Below, one piece after another: positions 11,264 to 23,035 of a stretch of 64,000 bases of DNA. Position numbers and translations under genes: made by a program. The notes below the pieces were generated by a model. That model ran no database searches. It was not told the DNA's origin and worked only from the letters and a program-made list of their open reading frames with translations. How positions within the stretch are numbered: the stretch's first letter is position 1; each line of letters opens with the position of its first letter. The DNA lies in assembly GCA_037447605.1 (NCBI GenBank), contig CM074809.1, positions 1,354,689 through 1,418,688 on the forward strand, in the 5' to 3' direction. The DNA is from Zygnema circumcarinatum SAG 698-1b (Eukaryota > Plantae > Zygnematophyceae).

Positions 11264-14200
11264 ATGGGGAGCAGAGCTTTGCCGGTGGAGGTGAGCTCTT
11301 TGGAAGCCGGGATTTTCCAGTAGGCAGTGTGGCAGCGCTGCAGTTGTGTAGTTTGAGGCACTGCTCTTGAAATGGCGTGCAGAAGGGACTGCACTTATGC
11401 CTGGCATATTAGGTGCAACTTTCGCTAAACCATCAGTTGCCACCATTGCTTGTTTTTCTGCCAATACCTTGTCTTACTATTTCCATCGTTAGGTATTTAG
11501 CAAGCCACGGTGGAAACACCCTTTATGTCTCATTCACACGGCCTCTCTACTTGTAGCTCGGGACCGAACTCCCTGTGCCATTGGCTCAAGCTTGACGTGA
11601 TTATTCTTTAGATTCCAGAGCTTCGTTTTTAGTTTGAAGTCGTCGAGCGCCTTTCAGTGTGTGTCGATGACATTTTGGAATCAGCAATGCAGGCGAACTG
11701 AGTACCAGACTGTTAATTCTATAACTCGAGAGTAAAACAGTGCATGGTGGTTCGTTTAGTTCTCGTCTTCAAGGGAACTTGGTTAACTCTGACAAGTTTG
11801 GTTTTCCATTGCACAAGCTTCGTCTCGCTCAAACCATGATTTCTCAGGAGCGTTCCGTATTTATCCACATATACTGGCAAACGCTTGTAGGAGGCACATC
11901 AGGTCGTCCAGAAACAATAGTGTGACATAGGTTTAGCTTCTTAAATCAGTAGCAGCCTGACTGCTTCATTAATTGTTCGTCTTGGCTGCTGCCGGGATTT
12001 GGATTTTGAGAGACTAATGACAGTCAAGTAAATTCGCCTTTTGCATTTGGGTTCATGAAATCTTGCTGGAGCGTATCGGTTTGAATCCAATGTGTGTGTA
12101 AGATTTGGGTATCAAAATAGCAGCTACAATGTTATTTTTGGCTTCAGTATGTAAAGTTAATTACTAAAAAAACTAGTAATGCTGGCCCATTTTCTTTCGT
12201 ACAATAATCGTGCTTACACTATCTATTTGGTTTCGTTTTTTATCATTCACAAATGCAGTCGTTCACACCAAAGTAGAGTATCATGGTCTGGCCGTGCTCA
12301 GACATATTGCTGGCGTGGCAGGTTAAAAATCCAGGTGGCAAATTCCGTGTGGTGTCAACGAAGCCTATGCCTGGATCTCGCTGGGTTGACCTTCTTACTG
12401 CTGCTGGTATTAGATTGGAGGTGCATCCTTCCCTCCCCTTTGACTTTCGCAGATTGCATGTAGGCCATTCAAGCAACTGTAGATGAGCACTTTTTTTCCC
12501 ATTTCATGTGCGCATTTTACACCTTTTCCCTAATGCTCTGCGTTTAAGCTTTTAATCTTCCAATGGGGATGCATGCACAGATTTGCACAGCAAAGAAGAC
12601 AATTCTGAGTGAAGAGGACATCCTTTCTCTCATCGGCAACCGCTGTGATGGCGTCATCGGGCAGGTCATTCACTTTCTGAGCCATTTGATCACTTCCTGC
12701 CATCTTTTTAAAGGTTATTGCTGAATTAATTATGAAGGCATCATTCTAAGTGGCTGTGCACTCGAGTATGCCTTCTGCAGCTTACAGAAAAATGGGCAGA
12801 TAAGCTGTTCTCTGCCCTGGCCCGCGCTGGTGGAAAAGCGTACAGTAATATGGCTGTGGGATACGACAATGTCGACGTTGCTGCAGCTACTCGCCATGGC
12901 ATTGCTGTTGGAAATACACCGGTGAGGACTTGCGGCATTTACAGCACAGAAAGCTCCGAAGGCATTTCTTTTTTTCGCTAACATATTCTTCGTCACTGAA
13001 AACGAAGGGGTTTGCAAAGAAGCCATGTAGAGTAACATGCATTATTCAAGATGCAAAATCTGATAAGCATCCTCAGCTTATTGTCTTGTTGGTGTTGCTG
13101 ATGCGGTGTTGTGGCAGGGAGTGCTGACAGAAACCACTGCAGAGCTTGCAGCAGCCCTCACAATGGCAGCTGCTCGCCGAGTGGTTGAGGCAGACGACTT
13201 CATGCGTGCAGGCAAATATGATGGCTGGCTTCCCACAATGTGCCTACTTACTTCCTTACATTTGCTACCTTTATCTGCGAGTCGAGGTTGCTGCTGGACT
13301 GGAATTCAGGACTTTTATTTCCTTATCTTTAAGGGATTTTGTGAGGGTTTGTGAGCTGGCTTGTGTTTCTGAGTGAGCATTCTCGACTGGACAGGTTCGT
13401 GGGGAACTTGCTGAAGGGCCAGACAGTTGGCATTATCGGAGCTGGCCGTATTGGCAGCGCATATGCGCGCATGATGGTGAGGCTTCATCCTTCTCAATCT
13501 GGGGAGATGAAATTGCATCAATGAAATAGAAATAGTTGACTTTTTATTGAACCCTTTCGTATCTCAGAAAATGAGAAAGAAGGTGTGTTCAGGAAATGTG
13601 AATGTGTGTGCAGGTAGAAGGATTCAAGATGAATGTCATTTACTATGACCTCTATCAATCAGGCAGGCTGGAGAAGTTTGTATCAGGTCAGCATCGCTCA
13701 TCCTCGCGAAGTTCAAATCGCTGGAATTCTTCTGCACGCTGGAGTGACTGACCACCCTCTGCATTTTATTCACACACGTAGTAGCCTTGTCTATTTGGAA
13801 AAGGACATCCTTCTGTCAGTTTGCCTTCTAAGTTTCTGAGTTCGAGATTCCATTGGACTATCACTTGGGCAGCATATGGAGCGTTTTTGCAGTCGCAAGG
13901 GGAGGCACCAGTCACATGGAAGCGAGCCAGCTCGCCAGAGGAGGTTTTGCGTGAGGCTGACGTGGTGCGATTCTCACCATTTTGCATCATCTGTTCTGGG
14001 AAATCTTTTTGGACTCATGGTGTCTGCACGTTTTATCAGCGAAGTCAATCTTTGAACAGCGTGAGAATAGGGATGGCAATGCAGGTGAGCTTACATCCAG
14101 TGTTGGATAAAACAACATTTCACCTTATTGACTCGCGTCGGCTCGCCATGATGAAAAAGGTGGGACAGCCTTGTACACTTTGGATTCCAATTTTTTGCAG

Positions 14201-15608
14201 TTCTATTTTAGATAGTACCCATTCTGGGGCATACTTTTCTACATATGCAGAACAGCAGGCCTACTAACCTCACTGCTCACTGGTATTCTTCCTGAATACC
14301 AGCTTGTATGCTAACCACTTCTTTAAGGCGAGCAGGATGCTATTTTGGTGAACTGCAGCCGGGGGCCTGTTGTTGACGAGGTGGCCCTTGTGGAGCATCT
14401 CAAGCACAATCCTATGTTCCGTGCAGGCCTTGATGTATTTGAGGTATGAATCAAACTTGAAGAAATTGACAGCGTACAGCTTTAGATTCGTGTATGGGTT
14501 AGAATTAGCAGAGATGATAGAGTTGCCAGGAAAGACGGGATTGTGAGTGTGTAAAGAAAGTGTTTTCGGAGTATCTAGCCAATTAGAGTTGTAAATAAGG
14601 AATGAAGGAATAACAAAACATTATGTCCTTATCTGTAACCGTCCCAATGTCTGGATGGTGCAGGATGAGCCCTACATGAAGCCCGGTCTCGGGGAGCTGC
14701 CCAATGTGGTGGTGGTGCCTCATATTGCATCTGCCTCAGTGGTCGGTCCCATTGAACCTTTTGAACTGTTGCTTACTCTTGAGTTGTAGACACTCCCTTA
14801 AGGCTGCTTAGCTTCTGCCTATGAATAGACCGCATTTGCTTTTGACGCGAATAGGGGAATTGAAAGGGCATTCGATGGAGCTTTCAGCATAGCTGACATG
14901 TCTGGGAGCTGTTGGGCGCAGTGGACACGATCCGGCATGGCCACACTCGCAGCACTAAATGTTGCGGTAAGACTGCCCGTAGTGTTGATGATGAAAGACG
15001 AGCCAATGGAATACACTGCCAAGAAAATCATGTACTTCTAAATTGTTATGACTCGCATACATTATTTGTTGAAAGTATAATGACACTGCTTGGTGTGATA
15101 AGGTTCTGGAAACAGACAGTAACGACGGGGCACGTCCATTTCTGCCCTGTGTCAAGCGTCCCGTGTCTTAAATCACTTCTTTGGAAGCGTGCAGGGAGTG
15201 ATCAAGGGCCATGGAGTATGGCACAACGCAAATGACATCAGCCCTTTCGTCGATGAAAATAGGCTGCCTCCACCAGCTTGCCCAAGCATTGTGAACGCCA
15301 AAGCCATTGGTGAGCATCTGGCAAAAAGGCCTCGCCTCTCCGTCGGTGACTTGGACATTATAGATCATCGGTCTGCTTTTGGTGGAAGAAAACTGAACTC
15401 TTTCAACAAGTCTATAATTCTCATGACTAATGTATTGGAGAGGGTTATTGCCAGGTTTGACAACGAGTTCGCCTCCATCAAAACTATGAGGAGTTCCTGT
15501 AGTGTACATTCGTCACTTTGGTCAGCCAGTAGCCATCCAACCAGGCTGGCAGCCAACAGCTGACATGTAAACATACAGGAAGAACTGGATCAGCAGCCAA
15601 GATTGTAA
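11264..15608 (+). CDS. HPR1: Hydroxypyruvate reductase / glycerate dehydrogenase (photorespiratory HPR1); final exon uncertain
   Basis: MGSRALPVE|VKNPGGKFRVVSTKPMPGSRWVDLL; ICTAKKTILSEEDILSLIGNRCDGVIGQ; LTEKWADKLFSALARAGGKAYSNMAVGYDNVDV..GIAVGNTP; GVLTETTAELAAALTMAAARRVVEAD; LLKGQTVGIIGAGRIGSAYARMM (Rossmann GxGxxG); VNCSRGPVVDE; FRAGLDVFE|DEPY; PHIASAS; GVIKGHGVWHNANDISPFVDENRLPPPACPSIVNAKAI. The peptides are colinear with plant HPR. Confidence 0.95.
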
Positions 15609-15884
15609 TTTTGTCGTTTTTTTCCTTAGAAGAAAGTTTATGGTGTTATTTGATAGGTATGTGTGTTACTGCACAAGCAGCAGCTGACACTGCTACATGT
15701 TTAGCTTTATGCAGTCACTCTGTAATCACTACTCCATGAGAAATACGAGGCTTACAACGTGTTTTTTACGGATGTGTCGATTGCCTACTCCTGAGGACGA
15801 AAGTCTTGTTCATTATTTGTGCAGGAAAGTCCTCAAGACGGACCCAATTGCCACACTGGGATGGGTGGGTGTGATGGGGATAGA

Positions 15885-16150
15885 AAAAGTGAGGGGGGGG
15901 GACGAGAAAAAGGCAAAGGGGGGAGGGCACTACAGAATAGGAGAGGGAGGCTCCCTCTCCTACTGGGGAAGCGGGAACAAGGGCAGGGGAGGGAGGGGAA
16001 AGGAGAGGGGGGACAAAGGGGAGAAACGGAGGAACTGAAGGGTGGGCGAGGAAGGTGCGGGTAGGGGGAAACGAGAGCAGAGGGGGGAGAAGACAGAGGG
16101 GTGAAGACAGTAGGGCTGGAAGAAACGGGGAGGGGGAAGGGGAATGGAAA
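15885..16150. repeat. G/A-rich low-complexity tract
   Basis: Runs of gggga/ggaga/gagg. The overlapping ORFs are only Gly/Arg/Glu or Pro/Ser/Leu compositional artefacts. Confidence 0.8.
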
Positions 16151-16529
16151 GAGGCGCGGATAAGAGAGAGAGGCCGAGCCCCCCAACAAAGCGCTACAAC
16201 CGCACTTTGCGAGCATGCCCAGAAGGGCGCCCACCAAAAGGATTGCGACGGACTAAAAAATGGGACTTGCACCAGAAGCACTCCCCAAAGAAAAAGCAAG
16301 ACCCCTCCAAAGCCGAACAGAAGCAACAGCGCGAGGTAAAGCCAATACTTGGGAACAAGGAGAAAGCATCAGCGAGAGGTCGCCATGTGGCAGCAACGAC
16401 GATAACAAAGGGCCTTACTTGTCCTCGTCGCCACCAGTTCGCTTGCCTCGCCCAGTCACCCTGCTGCCTTCCCTCTCGCCCCCCCTCACCCATCCGACCC
16501 TCTCCCGCTGTCCCGCCCTATTTCCCCAC

Positions 16530-16712
16530 CTCACTCCCTCCCTTTCCCCCTCCTCCCCCCCTCCTCCCCCCCTCCCCTTTGTGCCTTCCCTCCCTCCCCT
16601 CCCTCCCTCCCTCCCCTCCCTCCCCTCCTCCCTTCCNNNNNNNNNNCCCCCCTTCCTCCCCCCCCCTTCCTCCCCCCCCCTTCCTCCCCCCCTTCCTCCC
16701 CTCCCTCCCTTC
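16530..16712. repeat. C/T-rich (CCTC)n-like low-complexity tract containing a 10-N gap (16637-16646)
   Basis: ccctccctcc-type runs interrupted by Ns. Confidence 0.85.
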
Positions 16713-17414
16713 TCAAAGCACCTTGCCGTGGCGATTACCACGTGTACAAACACTGTTCACGTGGCAAACCACCATTGGATGAGGCTAGACCACAGCGGAG
16801 AATTGGACTTTTTCGACGATTCGTACGGATCGGCATCCAAAAAATCTTGTGAGACCAGGAAAGTGATTTATTTGGACTGCCCTTTTTAAAGAAAAAAACT
16901 TTACCAATACGGTACTTGCCAAAACTGAAATCTACCGTACGACATCGTACGGTCCATTTTCGTACATTTATAAAAACTTGAATTGAAGGGCAGCCAACAA
17001 GAAGGTTCTAAAAAGCGTTGTTTTCAACGATGTTTTGATATTTTTCTTTCATAATCGGACGATTTTCAGCTGCCGAGACATTTCGGGCTGCAAAGTCGCT
17101 ACACTTTTGGTCCTCCTTTCATTTTGTCGCCCAGCACCGCAGAGCGAAAGCCGCCCAGCAGGCCTTCCGCCCGCAGGCCTTCCTGCGCTTCCAGAGAGTG
17201 GCTGCTTCAGCGCTGAGCTTGTGCTGGTTGGGCCATGGCCTCGATGGGAGCTGGAAGGAGCTCATAGCAGGTGAAGGGATGGCTGTCAGGACTGCTTTAA
17301 AGCAAGCCGGCAGTTGCGCAGCAAGGCGCATGTGAAGGTCTGCCGGATTCATTGAGTGCGTACAACATTTGAGCTTTTTTTTGCTTGTAGCACGGATCCA
17401 CTCGTCGGTTCCTC

Positions 17415-20400
17415 ATGCAGGCTGTTTCATCAGTGACTAGCATGCCGCCTTTCCACAACGTGCTAAAATTTGCTCAGAGGAGTCAGGGATGCCCTCAGGG
17501 GGTTTCTTTTGGAGGATGCCATGGCGCCACCCTCAGCCAGTCTTCTAGCCCCGCCATGCCCCCTGCCAGGGTCCTAAGTGCTGCCGAGACTGTGTCGCGG
17601 TGCTTTGCCACGCCCTCTCTTCATGGCTCTGTCTGGCCACACCGGCCGCAGCCTGGTGGTGCACTTTTGGCGGAAGCTGTGGACACTGTGTCAGCTGCTA
17701 GCAGAGGAAAAGGAGGAGCAAGTGCAGTATATCGCAAACACAGCAGTGGGAAACAGCTCTGCAGCTTTTCATTCCCCATTGCAGTGGGTTTTGTGCATAA
17801 CGAGGGTATTCTGGCAAGGAGTGATAGCGAGAGGGGTAAGGATAGGAATCGGCATAGGGAACACTGTCGAAGCAGAGGCTCGAGCTTGAACGATATTCAC
17901 CGCTCCTTTTCGTATCATTTCTTTCAATCTCCCTGGGCAAGTGTTTCTGCATTTGGAGGAGATTCTTTTTCTAGACTTTTGCATGATATCCGTTCTTCAA
18001 GAGGCGATGCAGCAGGGCCTGGTGTGGTCACCTGCAGAACAGTACCGGACGAAGAAGAGCAGTGTCGGGAGGCAGAGGGGCGAGGGTAAGCCAGAACCAT
18101 CCACTCACCTCTGTTGACTCTCCGGCCATCTTCGGATTCTATCTACGCCACATTTTCTTGCGAGAACAAAATGACTTTTTCCGCTATAGATAATCAGTGG
18201 GTGATTAGTTAAACTTGTTGGAAATAAAGACACTGTGACTGTTTGTTCCGGTCATTTAGAGTTTTTCACTTTCGATTTTGAGACTCCTGCCTACCTGTGT
18301 GCGGATCGATGCGCATGATTGTGGTTAGAAGCTCCAGGTGACCATAATGAAATCCTCTGCTTCTCTTATCTTCCCTTGTATTTCTGTAGTCGCATTCTGA
18401 ATAGGTTTTGGGCTGTAGGTTATTATTCTGCATTGAATCTTATTTTTGTCAACTTTTTCACATGCATTTCAACAGCTTTAAGAGCCAGATTAGACCATTT
18501 TCTGTATTTTGGCGGTCTAAGTTTACAGTACAGGAGTTCAGCAAAATTTTCTACCTTGACCTAAACATTGATCTTATTTGGTTACCCCCTGCAGTGTGTG
18601 AAGCATGCGATGACGCACTGCACATGATCATGTAATTAAGACGGTTTACTATTTATATGGTGGCAGGAATGTTGCTTCTGACAAAAAATTGCGACTCAGC
18701 TCAGGAGCTTGCTGCTTACCGCATCCAGACAAAGTCGATAAAGGTGGTGAAGATGCACATTTTATCTGCTCGGACATCCAAGCCGTCGGAGTTGCGGATG
18801 GTGTGGGAGGCTGGGCAGATGTTGGTGTCGATGCCGGGCTTTATGCTCGCGAGCTCATGAGTCAATCGGCAAAGGCACTGGCCGAGGAGCCTCTGGGGGC
18901 GATAGATCCTGAAAGAGTCCTGAAGAAGGCGCATGCAGAGACAAAGTGCCGAGGGTCTTCTACAGCATGCATACTCATTCTTTCTGACGGAGTGAGAATC
19001 TTGCTGAGCATCCAACACTGCGCTTGTCCATTTGCTGTGCACATCTTCTTTATGGACCCTTTTTGGGACCATCTGATTAGTCTGTTGTTAAGTAGAACTC
19101 TTGCAGTCTGGACAACTAGTTCAGCGGATCAAGGCGTTAGCATCCCTACTAGTCAAACTAAACGAGCTGCCACAATACTGAGAATTGCCTGCTCTAGCAA
19201 ACTTCCGTCTTTACTATTGCACTTCTCCTATCGCTTTTGCGTGTAACTGTGGAGCTATTTCTGCAGATGCTTTATGGTTGCGGAGTTGATTGGACTTCTC
19301 GATTCTTGAGTTATTTTTTCTGATCTTATTTTTGCATGTAGCATGACAGTCAGTCGATTTGCTTTTGTCCTTTCCCGTTTGATTGGCTTTTGAGTTCGTT
19401 TACTCGTTTCCTGGCATCGTACTGGTTCGAAAAGTTTACGTACGCTCAAATAGTTTCTGGCTGGCTACCCGTCACTTGCCTAACATTTGAAGCCCTCTCA
19501 CGGGTGTTGATACTGTGCGTAGTAATGTTTCACAATTTTCACACTGCCCTTTTTTGTCCTTGACCATAATTAATTGTTTGTGTATTTTTGCGCAGGCGTT
19601 GCAGGCGGCAAATGTAGGTGATAGTGGGTTTGTCGTTATACGGAATGGACGCACTCTCTTCAAATCTCCTCCTCAGCAGCATACATTTAATTTCCCATAC
19701 CAGCTTGGCAGTGAAGCAGGAGATCCTCCTGAATGTGTAGAGGTCAGCACCGTGCCTTTAACTGCTACAGTTACAGTTAACTTTGCAATGTAGTTGCAAA
19801 ATATTTTCAAAAAGAGAACTTGTTGTGCTTGTTTGGAGTGTTTATACTTTTATGGTCAAACTCTTAGTCTCAATGTTAATGTCTGTAGGTCTCAGCTCAA
19901 CTTTATGTCGGAAGTCTACCACAAGTGGTTGACGTTTCTTTTTAGGTCGTTATGTGGTTTATCATATCGTTTTGGGCGTCGTCGATTGAATCATTCCAGG
20001 AGCCGCAGTTGACTTGAGTCCGTCAGATGCATTTGTATTGTTAGTTTAGTATACAAAAACTGCAATTTCTGGAGGCATGGATTGTTGAGAATGTGAAATA
20101 GTTCCTCTCAGTTTTCTTTCTTTCTAGGATCATATTGGAGAGTCCAGAAGTCTCTTTGTTTTTCCGATTCGTTTTGCTTCCGATTCGTTCGAGGGAAATG
20201 CCCATGCATTGCAATGACTATGCCAGTGTTTTCTTTAGTGATCCAGTAACAAGCCGTACGTCCGGTCCTAAGGGTAGTATGAGGCATTGCAGTAGGAGGT
20301 TACGCATCTCCTTTCCATTCCTTTCACCTTTTTACACTCGATTTCTATATGCTTTGTTCGGCCACTTTCTCTAAGTCGTCCTAGGCAAAGTCGGCTACAC

Positions 20401-20815
20401 CAAACAGCTGTTAATGTTCTTGAAACTCTCAATGTTTTTTCAGTGATCAGATTGACAAATCTAAATCCAACGAAAGCTGTTTTTCTCTGCATTTCACCTG
20501 ACCTTGACTTCCTGTTTGCAGCTGTACGAGCTGCCAGTCGTTGCGGGAGATGTGCTGGTCCTTGGCACGGACGGCCTCTTTGACAACGTGTTTGACAGTG
20601 AGATCAACAGCGTGGTGATGCATTCTGTGAAGGCGGGATGGTCGCCGCGGGACACGGCGGAGCAGATTGCAGCAGTGGCCCGCCTTAGGGCGAACGATCC
20701 CATGCGGATGTCGCCCTTCTCTCGCGCAGCTCAGGACGCAGGGTACCGCTACTGGGGCGGAAAGATGGATGATATTACTGTCGTGGTTTCCTATGTAACT
20801 GCTGCCAAAGTGTGA
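17415..20815 (+). CDS. PP2C phosphatase, PTC7/PPTC7-like clade (plant PP2C55/80-like), with a long organelle-targeting-like N-terminus; start codon approximate
   Basis: LRLSSGACCLPHPDKVDKGGEDAHFIC..AVGVADGVGGWADVGVDAGLYARELM..GSSTACIL (18680-18990); ALQAANVGDSGFVVIR...QQHTFNFPYQLG (19596-19742); LYELPVVAGDVLVLGTDGLFDNVF...GGKMDDITVVVS..AAKV* (20522-20815). The metal-binding Asp motifs are present. Confidence 0.92.
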
Positions 20816-21489
20816 TGTGGGGTGGCAGACTGATGTGGAAACTTGTAAAGGGGATGAGGAGGCTGGTGCTGAGGCAAGGAATCTCTCGCGATTCGTTGAA
20901 GGCTGTGTTGGGCTCAAAATGAGCGCGGCTGAGCGAGCAGATGCCTTGAGAGGACCTGTCGGCAATGTCAACGAGGGCAATCGCAGAGTATGCGGCTCAT
21001 GTTGGGCTGCGGGCTCAGGCTATGGGAGTAGCCAGATATTGTCGGCTGGGAGTACTATAGCTTCTTTGTTCAGGATTATATATTCCATGAGGGATAGGGC
21101 ATAGTTCCAGTGATTTTATTGGTATATGGGGAGCGTGAGTGACCTGTACTGTGGTGTCTCTGCACTCGGCCAAGTGTAAGGTGGGTGAGTGACCAAGTAC
21201 TGGGTCCACAGCGGATGTGATCGTGTACAGCGTGAACTCATGCATCAATTGCAGGCCGACGTTGCTCCTCGCCTTGCTCTTGTTTGTTCCCATGGTCCCA
21301 TGTATGCTCTGTAGCTTACTCGAATGAAATCGGAGACACTCTCGTCCGACCTGTCTAAACAAGAAAACTAAGACTAACTAAACTAACCATGTTTTTAAGA
21401 GGAAACATGGTCTTCCCTCCACACACTGCACAGGAATATAACCCATTTCCATAGTACTTCTGGAGCCCATGCGACCATTCCCTCCCTCC

Positions 21490-21742
21490 CCATGCCTCTG
21501 TCCATGGCCCCCATGTCCCCCCCCCCCTTCCCCATGTCCATGGCCCCCATGTCGCCCCCCCTCCCTATGTCCATGCCCATGGCCTCCATGTCCCCCCCCT
21601 CCCCATGTTCGTCTATGGCCCCCATGTCCGCCCCCCTCCCAATGCCCAAGTCCATGGCCCCCATGTCCCCCCCCCTCCCCATGTCCATGTCTATGGCCCC
21701 CATGTCCCCCTCCCCATGTCCATGTCCTCCCCCCCCCCCCCT
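21490..21742. repeat. Tandem 36/39-bp C-rich repeat, consensus CCATGGCCCCCATGTCCCCCCCCCTCCCCATGTCCATGT (6 units)
   Basis: Unit starts at 21502, 21538, 21577, 21613, 21652 and 21691. Confidence 0.9.
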
Positions 21743-23035
21743 AAGGCAGCGCCAACGGGAGGCGCTTTTGGAAGGGAAGGGGGAGGGGGATGGCGCCGAC
21801 AGAGGCAGTGGAGCCGTACAACCGAAAACGACATGAAAGCGTTGGACAGCCACTCCCCGAGTGCCACGTGACTCGCACATGCGAATGTCGGCCCTCTGGG
21901 AAACAAACAGTTGACTGCGCCCCGTCAGGAGGAGACTGGGAAGCTTCCGCGTGGTTGCGGGCAGGGGAGGGCTACAGGTGGGGGCTGTAGCCAGTTATAA
22001 AGTCTGTAGCGCCATTCACCTTCCAGCAAGCTCTTGTGCTTCTCCTCTCTCCCTTCCTCCCTCCCTCCCTCGCTCGCATCCTCCCACGCTCCTTCTTTCC
22101 ATTTCTCGCTTTCTCTCTCTCTCACACACACGCGGAAGCGCGCTTTGCCTGAAAAGGGGCCTTCTTGAGGAGTACTTGAGCCTTTGAAACATTCGCCGAA
22201 GACTCCTGCTCCTGGACAGCTGGCGGTGCAGAGCAGGGTGATGTTTTCTGAACGGAGGTCGTGATGAACAGGACTGGTATTACATAACGCTCCTTCGTTC
22301 GATTATGATCAAATTATTAACGAATGGAAAAAAATACTTTTTAAAAATTAGAATCAGATAAAGTGCATCTCTGGGAAATTAGGGTTCTTGTAGTCTCATA
22401 GACTGCATTGATGAACTCCGTGTCCATACTAAGGGAATGAATGAATGCAGCGGAAGTTATTCAGGATTGAGTCTTTTAACGATCTTAATGCAATGGCACC
22501 GAGTATCACAATGCTGCTAATTAAGGAGAACATTGTAAGAGCCGACCACGCAGGTGACTAAATTTATTATTTGAAGGTGTATGTTGTTTATCGCACGAGG
22601 GCATAGAATCTTTCACATTGAAGCGTTGTTGTTGTTTGGAATGTGCAACAAGAGAGAAAATTGCAGCGACTTGTTTATGCATAGGTTCTGGTTCATGAGC
22701 GTTTATTTCCCTCGTGGCGTGCATTGTCACTGCAGTTAAGTGACCTACTCCCTCTCATGTCGCAGGTTGTCCATGCGAGCTATCCCAACCTCACTCTTCA
22801 CTACAAGGCAGATACGACTAGTTGGCTCTTTCTCCACAATTGCCTCCTTCTCATCGATGCTCATTCACGCTAGATAATTCTAGGAGGAAATACAGTAGTT
22901 TACTTACCTTCAAATTCAGCAGAAGGGAAGGTACACGCAATGGTAGAGGTAGTTCAAGCGAATCAGACGATAGATGCCCTCTCTGTCCATTCTGGCTACC
23001 CGATTTCCTAAAGACTTGGGAGATTCTTAAAGTAT

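Noticed and set aside
15766-16889. Pro-rich and Gly/Arg/Glu-rich ORFs on both strands
   Set aside because: Translations of G/A and C/T low-complexity tracts; the right-hand ORFs also span an N gap.
16934-16953. Hairpin as a Helitron 3' end
   Set aside because: No CTRR terminus at the expected distance on either strand, and no matching 5' TC end was identified.
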